From the NCBI GenBank assembly GCA_022705745.1, contig JAKJDW010000004.1, positions 3,614 to 67,613 on the forward strand: a DNA stretch of 64,000 nucleotides, read 5' to 3'. Positions 16,509 to 25,823 of this stretch are shown here, piece by piece (positions within the stretch are counted from its first letter, which is position 1; each line of letters begins with the position of its first letter). The notes under the pieces were generated by a model. The model was not told the origin of the DNA and did not search any database. It saw nothing but the letters and a program-made list of their open reading frames with translations. The DNA is from Patescibacteria group bacterium. Its GTDB lineage: Bacteria > Patescibacteriota > Gracilibacteria > Absconditabacterales > Absconditicoccaceae. The position numbers and the translations under genes are program-made.

Positions 16509-17003
16509 TTAATGAGAAATGTAATGTTTAATATTTATTAAATAATCAAAGTTTTCGTTCATCAAATCATTATATAGTGAAGATGCATATTTTTTGTTTG
16601 GGAATAATATTTTTAGAAATCTTTGTTTTTTGATTAAAAAATCTATGAGTATTTTGAAATCTCAATCTCACGAAACTATTAATATTTTATCAAATTTATC
16701 CGCCTCATCCAATAACTTTGCCATAACATGAAAAATTAAATCACTATCTATATTTCATTTTTTATTGGTCTCCATAAGTAATTGCTGTTTTTTGAAAACC
16801 ACAATAAATCATGCCTCTTGTAATTTAGTATACAATCGATTATTTTCATCTTGCATATAACCTATAAAATAATATGCCTTTTTTATTTTATATTTATCAA
16901 AAAGATAGATTCTCAATTTACTAAAATCTACTGACCATCACTCAGACCTTGTTCATAAATGTAAATTTTGACCATCAATATAAGCGATATTATTCTCTTT
17001 CAT
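16509..17003 (-). CDS. NYN-domain (LabA/DUF88-like, PIN-fold) predicted RNase, paralog A
   Basis: 164 aa: MKENNIAYIDGQNLHLGTRSEGWSVDFSKLRIYLFDKYKIKKAYYFIGYMQDENNRLYTKLQEAGFIVVFKKQ...KKGNIDSDLIFHVMAKLLDEADKFDKILIVSGDGDFKILIDFLIKKQRF. NYN hallmarks IDGQN, KGNID.D, SGDGDF. Confidence 0.85.
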
Positions 17004-17115
17004 CTTTCAAATAAAATATCAAATAAATGTTTCTTTATCTCTACACAAACTCCCAATCCAACGCCCAAACTTCCTGACCGCACCTCACCGACAATACTTT
17101 TATCTCCATTTTTAT

Positions 17116-17143
17116 TTGCAATTTAATTTTTTTTAGTTATAAT
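17116..17143 (+). promoter_or_regulatory. Promoter TTGCAA-16-TATAAT of candidate sRNA copy B
   Basis: TTGCAA at 17116-17121 and TATAAT at 17138-17143, identical to copy A. Confidence 0.55.
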
Positions 17144-17149
17144 GATATT

Positions 17150-17207
17150 GTTATCACGACGAAAGAGATTCCAAAAAGTGTTGGTGCTTTAGGACATCTC
17201 TTTTTTT
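17150..17207 (+). ncRNA. Candidate about 60-nt small RNA (copy B), antisense to the last codons and stop of NYN gene B
   Basis: agagattccaaaaag-TGTTGGTG-ctttaggacatctct followed by T7. The outer stem AGAGAT/ATCTCT replaces GAGAAGG/CCTTCT of copy A. The NYN-B stop codon (17189-17191) lies in the 3' arm. Confidence 0.45.
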
Positions 17208-17710
17208 GTTTGTTTAAAATACTCAATTTTTTTACGAATATCAAATAAACTTAAATTGATACCGTACTGGGGTTTAATGCTTTTATATAAAGATGAATAT
17301 TTATTGTTGGGGAATAAAATATTCTTAAAAATATTCTTTTGAATAAGATATTTTACCATCTTTATGTAATCTCAATCTCATGATACTAATACAATTTTAT
17401 CAAATTTTTTATTTTCAATAATTGTTTTCATGGTCTCAAAAACAATGTCTGTATCGACATTTCACTTTTTCTTTCCTTCTAAAGACTGTGAATGCTCTCT
17501 AAAATATACTATAAATCAAGCTTTTTGCAAACTTTCGTATAAAGTTTGACACTCTTCATTTACATATCATAAAAAATAATATGCCGTTTCTACACAAAAT
17601 TTATCTTTTAAGTATTGCCTAAATCTTTTGTAGTCCATATTCCATCATGCACTTTGTAATCATAAATGTAAATTTTGACCATCAATATAAGCGATATTAT
17701 TCTCTTTCAT
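17189..17710 (-). CDS. NYN-domain predicted RNase, paralog B
   Basis: 173 aa: MKENNIAYIDGQNLHLGLQSAGWNMDYKRFRQYLKDKFCVETAYYFLGYVNEECQTLYESLQKAGFIVYFREH...KKGNVDTDIVFETMKTIIENKKFDKIVLVSGDGDYIKMVKYLIQKNIF.... The first 17 codons and the 5' leader (76 nt) are identical to paralog A. Confidence 0.85.
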
Positions 17711-17742
17711 CTTTCAAATAAAATATCAAATAAATACTTCTT

Positions 17743-18114
17743 TTACTTTATAAATCTAAAATACTCCATCTTTTTATTTCAAAAATTTATAAGCAATCAA
17801 ATTTTAACCTTATATACTTCCAAATAATTTATTAATTGCGCTTTATTTACATCTTCTATTTTTGTGGTTGCCTTTAATTCAACCATAATATCTTCGTCTA
17901 CCAAAAAATCTACCCTTCTATTTCATACATGTGTCCCATCATAATGAATTTGCATATTTTTTTCTCTCTCAAAAGTTAATCCAGCCTTTTGAAACTCTAA
18001 CAATAAGGCCCTTTGATAAACAACTTCTGGGAATCAACATCACAGCTCATTGTGTACCTTCATCGCACAACCTATTATTTTATATGTAATATCTCATTTG
18101 TAAAAATCATTCAT
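17743..18114 (-). CDS. GxxExxY protein (PD-(D/E)xK nuclease superfamily)
   Basis: 123 aa: MNDFYKGDITYKIIGCAMKVHNELGCGFPEVVYQRALLLEFQKAGLTFEREKNMQIHYDGTHVGNRRVDFLVDEDIMVELKATTKIEDVNKAQLINYLEVYKVKIGLLINFGNKKMEYFRFIK. GxxExxY here reads G-F-P-E-V-V-Y. Confidence 0.85.
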
Positions 18115-18204
18115 TACTATAATAATAAATAATATAAACAAAATCAATATACCAATAAAATATTAAATTGCAACACTTTTGTCAAAAAAAACTATGACAA
18201 GCGT

Positions 18205-18332
18205 CCACATCCACACCATCTACACCATCTGTGCTCATCTGTGTCATCTGTGCTCATCTGTGTCATCTGTGGTCATCTGTGGTCATCTGTGGTCATCTGT
18301 GGTCATCTGTGGTCATCTGTGGTTATCTGTGG
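18205..18332. repeat. 9-10-nt tandem repeat (CATCTGTGGT and variants), about 12 units
   Basis: ccatctacaccatctgtgctcatctgtgtcatctgtgctcatctgtgtcatctgtggtcatctgtggtcatctgtggtcatctgtggtcatctgtggttatctgtggttatctgg. Confidence 0.95.
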
Positions 18333-18336
18333 TTAT

Positions 18337-18402
18337 CTGGTGGTTTAAAAAAAAACCCCTCTCCTGCTCCCAATCCCGCGAGAACGGGAAAGAGAAAGGA
18401 AA
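18337..18402 (-). terminator. Terminator of the S-layer-like gene, built from a GC hairpin with a nested TCCCGCGAGAACGGGA module
   Basis: Minus strand reads aaaaaaCCCCTttcctttctctt[tcccgttctcgcggga]ttgggagcaggagAGGGGttttttttt. It lies about 60 nt downstream of the stop at 18461. Confidence 0.6.
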
Positions 18403-18460
18403 GGGGTTTTTTGTGAGTTTTTTAGACTACGAGTGATAGTCTAATATTTTTCAACATTGA

Positions 18461-21319
18461 TTATTGTGCAGCTACATTATACTTTTCTGTAAACAGATCT
18501 TTTCATGTTTCGTTATAATCAAGAGACGCAATTTGTGCCTGAAGTATTTCAGGTTCAATACTTGCACCGTCTATAAGAATATAATTAATCAACTCATCAT
18601 TGTTAAATATTGTTCCAGTATCAGTAAGAGCAGTAATCCGCTTTCAGAAGTTAGGATTTCCAAGGTTACATTTAAGTTGATTAACATCATCTGTAAGACA
18701 AACTTCTCCATCAAAATCAGAATCCTTAGTAAGTGATCTTACTCTGAATTCAAGATCTTTTACATCAATATTAACATCATCATCTACATTCTTGATAACC
18801 ACCTTAAACATATTATAAGCATGTTTGGTGAGAGTAATATCAGGTCTAGTTGCTCTAAATGTATATGGATTTGTTGAAAGTTTTTGAGGCGCATCATTAG
18901 TAAGTTCCACTACAGAAGAAGTAGCCCTTACAGAACCAGTTGTAATATTGAAGAGAACGCCACTACCATGATAATCTTTGATAGTTCCTAAACTAGCCAT
19001 AAGTTTAAAGTTTACGGTTTTATTTTTAGGAATCTCGACACTCATATTTCTTACTTCAAAAATATCTTCATCATCATTAAATGTAATATTGGCATTTACT
19101 TCAGTTGCAGTATCTGAATCAATTTTAAACAAGGTCAGATTTCCATCAAATAATGTTTCAAAATCTGTAGCAGATAGTGAACCTTGATTCTCAAGATCAA
19201 AATCTTTAAGAACAGCAGTGTCGTTGTTTGCTTTTATAGAGAATCTACCTACTTCTTGTTCCTTATTAGCAAATAATGATTCTGTAGCAGGTCAAGCAAT
19301 AGTTGCTTTGTTAAGTTTTATATCACCAGCTTTTATACTAACAGCATCACCTTTTCTTGCAGGTACAGCGTAGGTAATGGTATGATCATCCATATTTTCT
19401 ACAGTAACAAGTTCTACTTCAAATTGAACAGTTGCACCTGTTAATGGAGCAGGCACTCTGGTATTAATTATAATTTCTATTTTAGCAGTAGTACCAGCAT
19501 CAATACCAACTTCCATATCTGTAGCAGAGATTGCGAAAGGAGCTTTTATATCAGCATCTGCAATTTCAAACTCTTCTCCATTGATTTTAAATACAGCAGA
19601 TCCATTAGAATATAACTCACCAAAGGCACCAACTGTGTTTAAAGTAGGAGTAATTGTAACTGCTTGAACTGTAAGGTCAGTAGCTGTTTTAAGTTCTCCA
19701 GCAAATAGTTTTACTTGAGAAGTACCAGGAAGTACATTCTTTTCAATAGCTAATTTTTTGAAGCTAATATCAGATCCGTGTACTTTAATTTCCGCGAGAC
19801 CACCTGCAGTAGCGTTCATTCCAAAACCTGAATTACCTTCAAGAACATCTACATTGTCATAATCAAAATCAATATCAACAATTTCTTTAGAGTAAACAAC
19901 ATCAGCTTTGATTTCTACTATCACTTTTTCATCTTTAGCTTTAGCTGTATTAAGTCCTGATACGATAACTTTATCTTTACTAAGACTTACACCACCTACA
20001 ACAGCACCATCTATATATGCTTCAGCATTTGCAAAAATATCATATAGATTTTCAGCAGGATCTGTATCAGCCTCTAAAGAGAATCCTCTAAGAGTTCAAG
20101 CATGATCAAATATTATTTCAACTTTAGCAAGAATCTTATTTTCTCCAGCTTTAGCTGTAGAGTCTCCCTGTTTAACATTGAATGTAACATTCTTAGTCTG
20201 CGCAGAAGTTGTCTTTACAGTACCTAGAGTAAGAGGAGTACCACTTGCTGTTCCATTCGCAACATTTACAGCAGTTACTTTAAAGTTATGAGTAGAGTTT
20301 ACTGCATTAGCATGTTCATCCATAGACATCATTACATCAAACTCCATAGAAGAACCAGCTTTAAGGTCAAGAGCAGGAGAGAACTTAACTATTACTTTGT
20401 TTGTACTAGAAGATACAGGCTTAGCAGTAGTTTTTATGTTTCCTCCTTGAACATAAACTTGAGGTCTATTGTCTGGATCATTCATGTCAGCAAGACCATC
20501 TCTAGAAATCTCTAAAGAAGACACTCTAGCTCCATTTTCACCAGCTGTTAATTTAATTCTTCCAATATTTACATTTACAGCATTCATAGGAACATCTTGT
20601 TGAGCTGGAACGCTTACTTTGGATATAGTTACATATCCAGGAAGAACTTCTGTTGCTTCATCGCTACAAGCAGCTATACAAGCTTCATAGTCGTCAGCTA
20701 AAATACAAGTCAATAATTCTTCAGCTGAACATCCAACAGCTGGAGCATAATTGTCATCAGCTCTCATCATCATAAGCATTACATAACCTCTCACTTCTTT
20801 CATGTTAGGATTATCAATCATGTTCATAATCCCTTCATCTTTCAAAGCTTGAAGGTGCTTTTTGTAATATGGGTCTCCACCATTATTTTCATCTCCCCAT
20901 AATGCTCTAGATAAAACTGTTCCAAATTCAGCTCTAGTTACTATACCATTTGGATTGAATTTTGTAATTCCAACCCCCATAAGACCTAGTTGACAAGCTT
21001 TTGTCACACCATTGTCGTATGCAGTATCTAGTGCTACAGATACATCTGGGAATTTACATTCCTTAGTTGTATCAAGTTCTTGTAGACCTAAGTCAAGAAC
21101 ATAGTTGGCTACCATTTTAGCCATTGCAACTCTTGTCAAATTACCATACATGTCAGCATCATCTATGCTAGCCATTGTAGTAATTCATTTGTTTTTTGCG
21201 TACCCGTATGCTTCTGTTAGCTCATCACTGTATGAAGCAGCATTAGCATAGGTAGGCATCATTGTTGCTAACAAAGCGAAAATCGCTGAGTAAGCAAAAA
21301 GTTTTTTAAATGTTTTCAT
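18461..21319 (-). CDS. S-layer-like surface protein (952 aa): signal peptide, SLH-like repeats, then repeated Ig-like beta domains
   Basis: MKTFKKLFAYSAIFALLATMMPTYANAASYSDELTEAYGYAKNKGITT...CKFPDVSVALDTAYDNGVTKACQLGLMGVGITKFNPNGIVTRAEFGTVLSRALWG. The SLH-like blocks are F.DV and F.P.G.VTRAEF. A long Thr/Val/Asn-rich region follows. Four standard-code ORF pieces are joined by TGA, and the length is a multiple of 3. Confidence 0.85.
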
Positions 21320-21394
21320 GTGTACATTAAAAAAAATATAAAAGGTACCACAATCTTTGTTAATTCGTGTATTAACGATCTCATGTCATTACCA

Positions 21395-21885
21395 AAACAT
21401 CATCTCAAACTCACCAAACCTAGCCCCCCTTAGCAAGGGGGGTAGGGGGGATCCGTCCACAACCAACTGTCTCCCTTTTTCAAAGGGAGCTGCTCTATTG
21501 TAGTAGTGGGATTTCTCCCCGCATAGCCCCCTTCGAACGAAGTGAAGCCCCGATTTATCGGGGAGCAAGGGGGGTAGGGGGGATCCGTCCACAACCAACT
21601 GTCTCCCTTTTTCAAAGGGAGCTGCTCTATTGTAGTGGGATTTCTCCCCACCTAGCCCCCTTCGAACGAAGTGAAGCCCCGATTTATCGGGGAGCAAGGG
21701 GGGAAGGGGGGATCCGTCCACAACCAACTGTCTCCCTTTTTCAAAGGGAGCTGCTCTATTGTAGTGGGATTTCTCCCCTTTTTCAAATTAACCATCTCCC
21801 TCATTAAATGAGAACTAGCTAAAGAAATCCTTCCCTTGGGGGAAGTTGTTCTATCGTAGTTGGGGGTAAGTATCCCCGGTTTCAA
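21395..21885. repeat. Composite cluster R6: about three tandem copies of a ~130-bp unit of GC-rich modules plus extra modules, just upstream of the S-layer-like gene
   Basis: Unit starts at 21433, 21565 and 21694 (periods 132 and 129 nt): gcaaggggggtaggggggatccgtccacaaccaactgtctccctttttcaaagggagctgctctattGTAGtgggatttctcccc.cctagcccccttcgaacgaagtgaagccccgatttatcgggga. Ends with cttcccttgggggaagttgttctatcGTAGttgggggtaag. Confidence 0.95.
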
Positions 21886-22509
21886 GCAAATTTGAAAAAC
21901 AAGTTTGAAGTAACATTTTGTATAACATGTGCTGTCTATACTCCTATAGACTAGCTACGAAACCTACACAAAATATATCTCCATATATTTAATGTAATGT
22001 TAAGGATCTACACGGTGTAAATAAACTAATTTGTAGGATGTGTTGGACTATCAAAACACAAATAGCGATAAAGATCAAATCTCTTTTTCCCCGTAGGTTT
22101 AGGAAAGGTGAAACCGACCAATACCTGTTATCTAAATATGTCTATGTAGACCAACAAATAACCGATCTACTCATCGTATCTCCATACGATAAGACCGATA
22201 AGGAAGTGGTAGCTTTTTCAACGAAGATTGCAAGACAAATGTAGACAGATTTTTACAAACAAAAAAGAGATACAAGATATCTTTCTTTGCATAAACCTGT
22301 GAACAAATGTGCTATAGACCTACGCTAGAAAAGCTTTGCCCTTCTGTATGGCTATACGAATCAGATGACAAATCGTGACAGCTTTGGGACTAGTGTTACA
22401 GTAAAAAAAAGAAAAAAATTAGCTTTAATATCAATCAAGGACTGTGTTTTGGAAATGGGAATCGTATTGTCCATTTTCGCTTGCCTTTTCATCGTTTTGG
22501 TATGTGATT

Positions 22510-22680
22510 ACCCTACCACCCGCAAGTCCCGGGGTCAATTTTCACACTCGGGTGGTGCTGAGTAGAGGGGATCTGGCCACAAGGGGGAAAAACAGCCCCC
22601 CTTAACAAGGGGGGGTAGGGGGGATTTCAGCCACAAGTGGAAGAGACTAGCGACTATTGACTATCGACTAACGACTAATG
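22510..22680. repeat. Composite cluster R7 (3' side of comEC)
   Basis: ccctaccacccgcaagtcccggggtcaattttcacactcgggtggtg, GTAGaggggatctggccacaagggggaaaaacagccccccttaacaagggggggtaggggggatttcagccacaag, then a short CGACTA-periodic tract (gactagcgactattgactatcgactaacgactaatg). Confidence 0.9.
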
Positions 22681-22681
22681 T

Positions 22682-24541
22682 CTATCTCCTCATCCTTACT
22701 AATACTAACCAAACAATAAACAATCCTAACAAAACATACTTAATCCAACTTCCTTCTGCATGCAAATAAACCCCAAATTTCTGTGCTAATTCGGACATGA
22801 AATAGATGTAATTCAACAACAACTTTTCTGGCCAAAGTCGAATTCCCCATGGAAGTGCTTGGAACAAAACCGTACTAATAAACCCATAAATCATCACTAC
22901 CGCAACAATCGGAACTACAAGAAAGTTCGCAATAATTCATGTCAAATTTGTCGTTCCCATAAAAAACAACATCACAGGCAAAACTCCAATCGTAGCTCCA
23001 ACCGTAGGAGTAACAAACTCTTTGAGAAATTTCTGAAATCATGTTTTGAATAAATTTTTTTTCTTTTTGGAAGTAATGGTGGTTTGTTTTTCGTTATTAG
23101 CTCACGGTTTATTGAAATAACTTACACAATTTTCTATCAATTTTCAAAAATAAATTATTCCTATAATAGCTGAAAAACTAAGCAAAAACCCGACATCATA
23201 AGCCAAAAAATACGGATTTATGATCAACATGACAATGAATGCAATAGACATCGCCCTCCAAATATTGATCTCTTTTCACCAAAAAAGTGCCAACATTCCT
23301 AGTCATCACATCACTGTTGCTCTAAAAACCGAGCTGTCTAGTCAACAAATCATGGAATACAAAATAATTGTCAGCAAAATTACCGCATTTCTCACATAAA
23401 AAGGCAGAAAAAATAAAATCGCTCACAAAAAAACTACTATCATAATAATATTTCATCAGCTAACCGCGATAATGTGGACAAGTCACGATTTCACGAATCA
23501 TTGATAATCGTCTGGCGGAATCTGCGATCTATCTCAAACCAACATTCACAAAACCAATCCAGCTTGTTTATTTTCTCCGTAGGCAGATACTACCATCTTT
23601 TGCAAGCCCTTCCTAATTTTCTGAATAAAAGAAATCTTGCTTTTGCAATTCTGCTCTGAAAGAGAATGTAAGTTCTCATCATTACCTTTTCCAGAAAAAT
23701 TGTCTCCCTTTATCAAAGGGAGCTGCTCTCCCCGCACCGCCCCGCAGTATTGCGGGGCTACAGGAGGGTAGAGAGATTTTTTTAATCCTTTAGTCCCCGA
23801 AAGACTGTGGAGCGGAGCTAAAAAAGGAGGATAAATTTGAGCCACAAGCGAGACATTCTTCCCTTGGGGGAAGTTGTGTGCGAAGCTAGATGGGGGTAAG
23901 AAATCTTCTGTTTCAAAAACATCATCAGCAAAATTATGATATTCACATTCATCCTTGAAAACTAAATAACTTTGCCCATATATCGTACCATAAAACCCTT
24001 TCATCATCAGCCATTTGGAGTAATTGAACTCATAATCAAATAGTCATGACAAGCTCGGTTTGCTGACAAAATCATTCCATTGCTTTTGAAAATCAAAAAT
24101 ATTTCCCGCTCCCGTATAAGCTAGATCCACCCTTCAATTTAGCCACAAAATATCTCAAATTTCAAATTTTCTTGAAGAAATTAAAAAATATTCGCGCCCA
24201 GCATTGTCTTGGAAAATGTATTTTTGATAAGAATAAATATCGGAAACAATACCCGTTCCTACAAAATATTTTCAAACAGGTCAGTCCATATCACGCGAAA
24301 TTCTTCATTCTAAATTGGGCAAAGATTTGATATCCTGATCGTACTTATAATTTTTGACAAAAATAGACAGAATAGAAATTAGAAATGCTAATGTAATTAA
24401 CAAGGATGTACGAGCAGTATTTTTGAATTTTTTAACAATAGAATGTCAAAGTAATAATAGAATCAACAGCAACAATGCTAAAAAAACATTCTCAAAAACC
24501 GTTAAAACAAATACAAATATCGCAAATGATATTATGAACAT
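22682..24541 (-). CDS. comEC: DNA internalization competence protein ComEC/Rec2 (619 aa) with an in-frame palindromic-element insertion
   Basis: MFIISFAIFVFVLTVFEN...SKWLMMKGFYGTIYGQSYLV... [insert] ...AGLVLGMLVGDRSQIPPDDYQGFVKSGLVHIIAVSGGNIIMIVVFLGAI...AYDVGFLLSFSAIIGIIYF...GATIGVLPVMLFFMGTTNLTGIIANFLVVPIV. ComEC blocks LG.r..i.....F..sG..Hi.AvSG. The 1860-nt frame is continuous. Confidence 0.85.
23699..23905. repeat. Cluster R8: GC-rich palindromic modules inside the comEC reading frame
   Basis: attgtctccctttatcaaagggagctgctct, ccccgcaccgccccgcagtattgcggggCTACagg, agggtagagagattttttta, cttcccttgggggaag. On the coding strand these read ...FPQGKNVSLVAQIYPPFLAPLHSLSGTKGLKKSLYPPVAPQYCGAVRGEQLPLIKGDNFSG... 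with no stop. Confidence 0.9.
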
Positions 24542-24571
24542 GGATTGTATTATTGATTAATTAAATCATCT

Positions 24572-24658
24572 TCTATCCTATCACTCTACCACCCGGGTGC
24601 TGTTTGACCCCGGGATAACTCCCGGGGTCTATTTTGACCCGGGTGGTAGGGTGATCTT
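24572..24658. repeat. Cluster R9: CTACCACCCGGGTG...CCCGGGTGGTAG hairpin with a nested CCCCGGGATAACTCCCGGGG
   Basis: tcactctaccacccgggtgctgtttgaccccgggataactcccggggtctattttgacccgggtggtagggtga. Related half-copies occur at 22513-22556 and 25808-25820. Confidence 0.9.
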
Positions 24659-24660
24659 AC

Positions 24661-25590
24661 TTACTTAATGAACTTACTCACCTTGTCCGAACTAGAGAGA
24701 GAAACAAACTCTTTCTCAAAAACCTTTAATGGGTACAAAAAGTGCAATCTAGACCCAATCCCCGCATCACAAGACTGAAACAATTTCAAAGTATCCAACA
24801 AAGAATGCTTCGTCCAATCATAAACCACTAAATCTGGAATAACTTTTCTCAAGCCAGAATAGAATCCCTTATCAAAACTAATGTCTGCAGGGAAAAATAT
24901 TTTTTTATGATCTGGATATTTCAAAACAAATTTCTTTATTTTTTCAATATTATCATCTGTGAAATGCTTCGGAGAAATGTTGATCAAAACCGTGGAGGAC
25001 AAAGAAACTGGATTCTTGTTTTTGAAATCTTCTAAAATATCTTTAGAAAAATCCTGATACAAAACCGCTGATTTCGCTCAATACTGAACCGCTCTTTCAT
25101 AGGATATTTTTTCTCTACAAATAACCCTTTTTGTTTTCTTGAACATATATTTGAACAATTTTTTTGTATATTTTTTTTGATCCGTACCAATTCATCACAC
25201 TAAAATAAAATTCTTTTTCCTAATGTCATGGCGATACAATATTTTCAAATTCCATCAATCGTGTGGGAACTTTCTAGACTCATCTAAAACTTCTCATCAC
25301 CCAAAAACTTTGAAATATTTTCTATATTTATCCAATCAAAGAAATATCTGTAATTGGCGAAACCTCCTGCTAATCACCGCATTTTCTACGAAATCTAGTT
25401 TATCTAAAATTCATGGTTCTAGCCAGGTTTTGTTGTGTTGTATCCGGGTCTGTATCCGTTGCAAATCTCAAACCTCTACGGTAAAAGATTCTGGATTGTA
25501 TTCTCTTTGCAAATAATTTAACAGACCAAAAAATAGCATTTCATCTCCAAAATTTCTATAGCCATAAAATCATTTGATATAAAGTTTCAT
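24661..25590 (-). CDS. Polysaccharide pyruvyl transferase family protein (CsaB-like)
   Basis: 309 aa: MKLYIKGFYGYRNFGDEMLFFGLLNYLQREYNPESFTVEVGD...FKVFGGGEVLDESRKFPHDGWN...FILVGGIGTDQKK...CDAGIGSRLHFLYPLKVF. The opening block GyyG..N.GDe.l resembles CsaB. Confidence 0.65.
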
Positions 25591-25682
25591 ATGAATGAAT
25601 TAAGGTTAAAGATTCTAATTCCTTGATAAGGTATATAAACAATGGGGAATATGGATTTGGGCTTCAGGTGGAAGGAATAACA

Positions 25683-25822
25683 AGCTGTCTCCCTTTTGCA
25701 AAGGGGGCTGCTCTAATGTAGAGGGATTTAATATTCTCTCCACTTTTGCAGCCCCAGCCCGTAGCCCCGCAGTATTGCGGGGCGGGGCGGGGCGGGGTCA
25801 AACAGTACCCGGGTGGTAGGGC
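25683..25822. repeat. Composite cluster R10
   Basis: agctgtctcccttttgcaaagggggctgctctaatGTAGagggatttaat, cccGTAGccccgcagtattgcggggcggggcggggcgggg, gtacccgggtggtaggg. Confidence 0.9.
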
Positions 25823-25823
25823 A

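Noticed and set aside
21389-21885. Long ORFs through the GC-rich repeats (track ORFs 21389-21727, 21430-21651, 21652-21885; likewise 15809-16424, 38216-38488, 60197-60478, 9324-9545) as repeat-protein genes
   Set aside because: They are open in several overlapping frames and strands simply because GC-rich palindromes lack TAA and TAG. They have no start context, their peptide periodicity just mirrors the DNA repeat, and the same modules occur in clearly non-coding contexts. The only place where I accept translation is inside comEC, where flanking conserved domains fix the frame.
21886-22509. RNase P RNA, tmRNA, SRP RNA or a group I/II intron in the ORF-free segment
   Set aside because: I looked by eye on both strands. 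I did not find the P4 motifs (GGAAAGTCC / ACAGAA-GGCTTA), a tRNA-like acceptor/T-arm end, the SRP GGAA/AGCA tetraloop region, or an intron domain V-like hairpin. This needs a covariance-model scan to settle.
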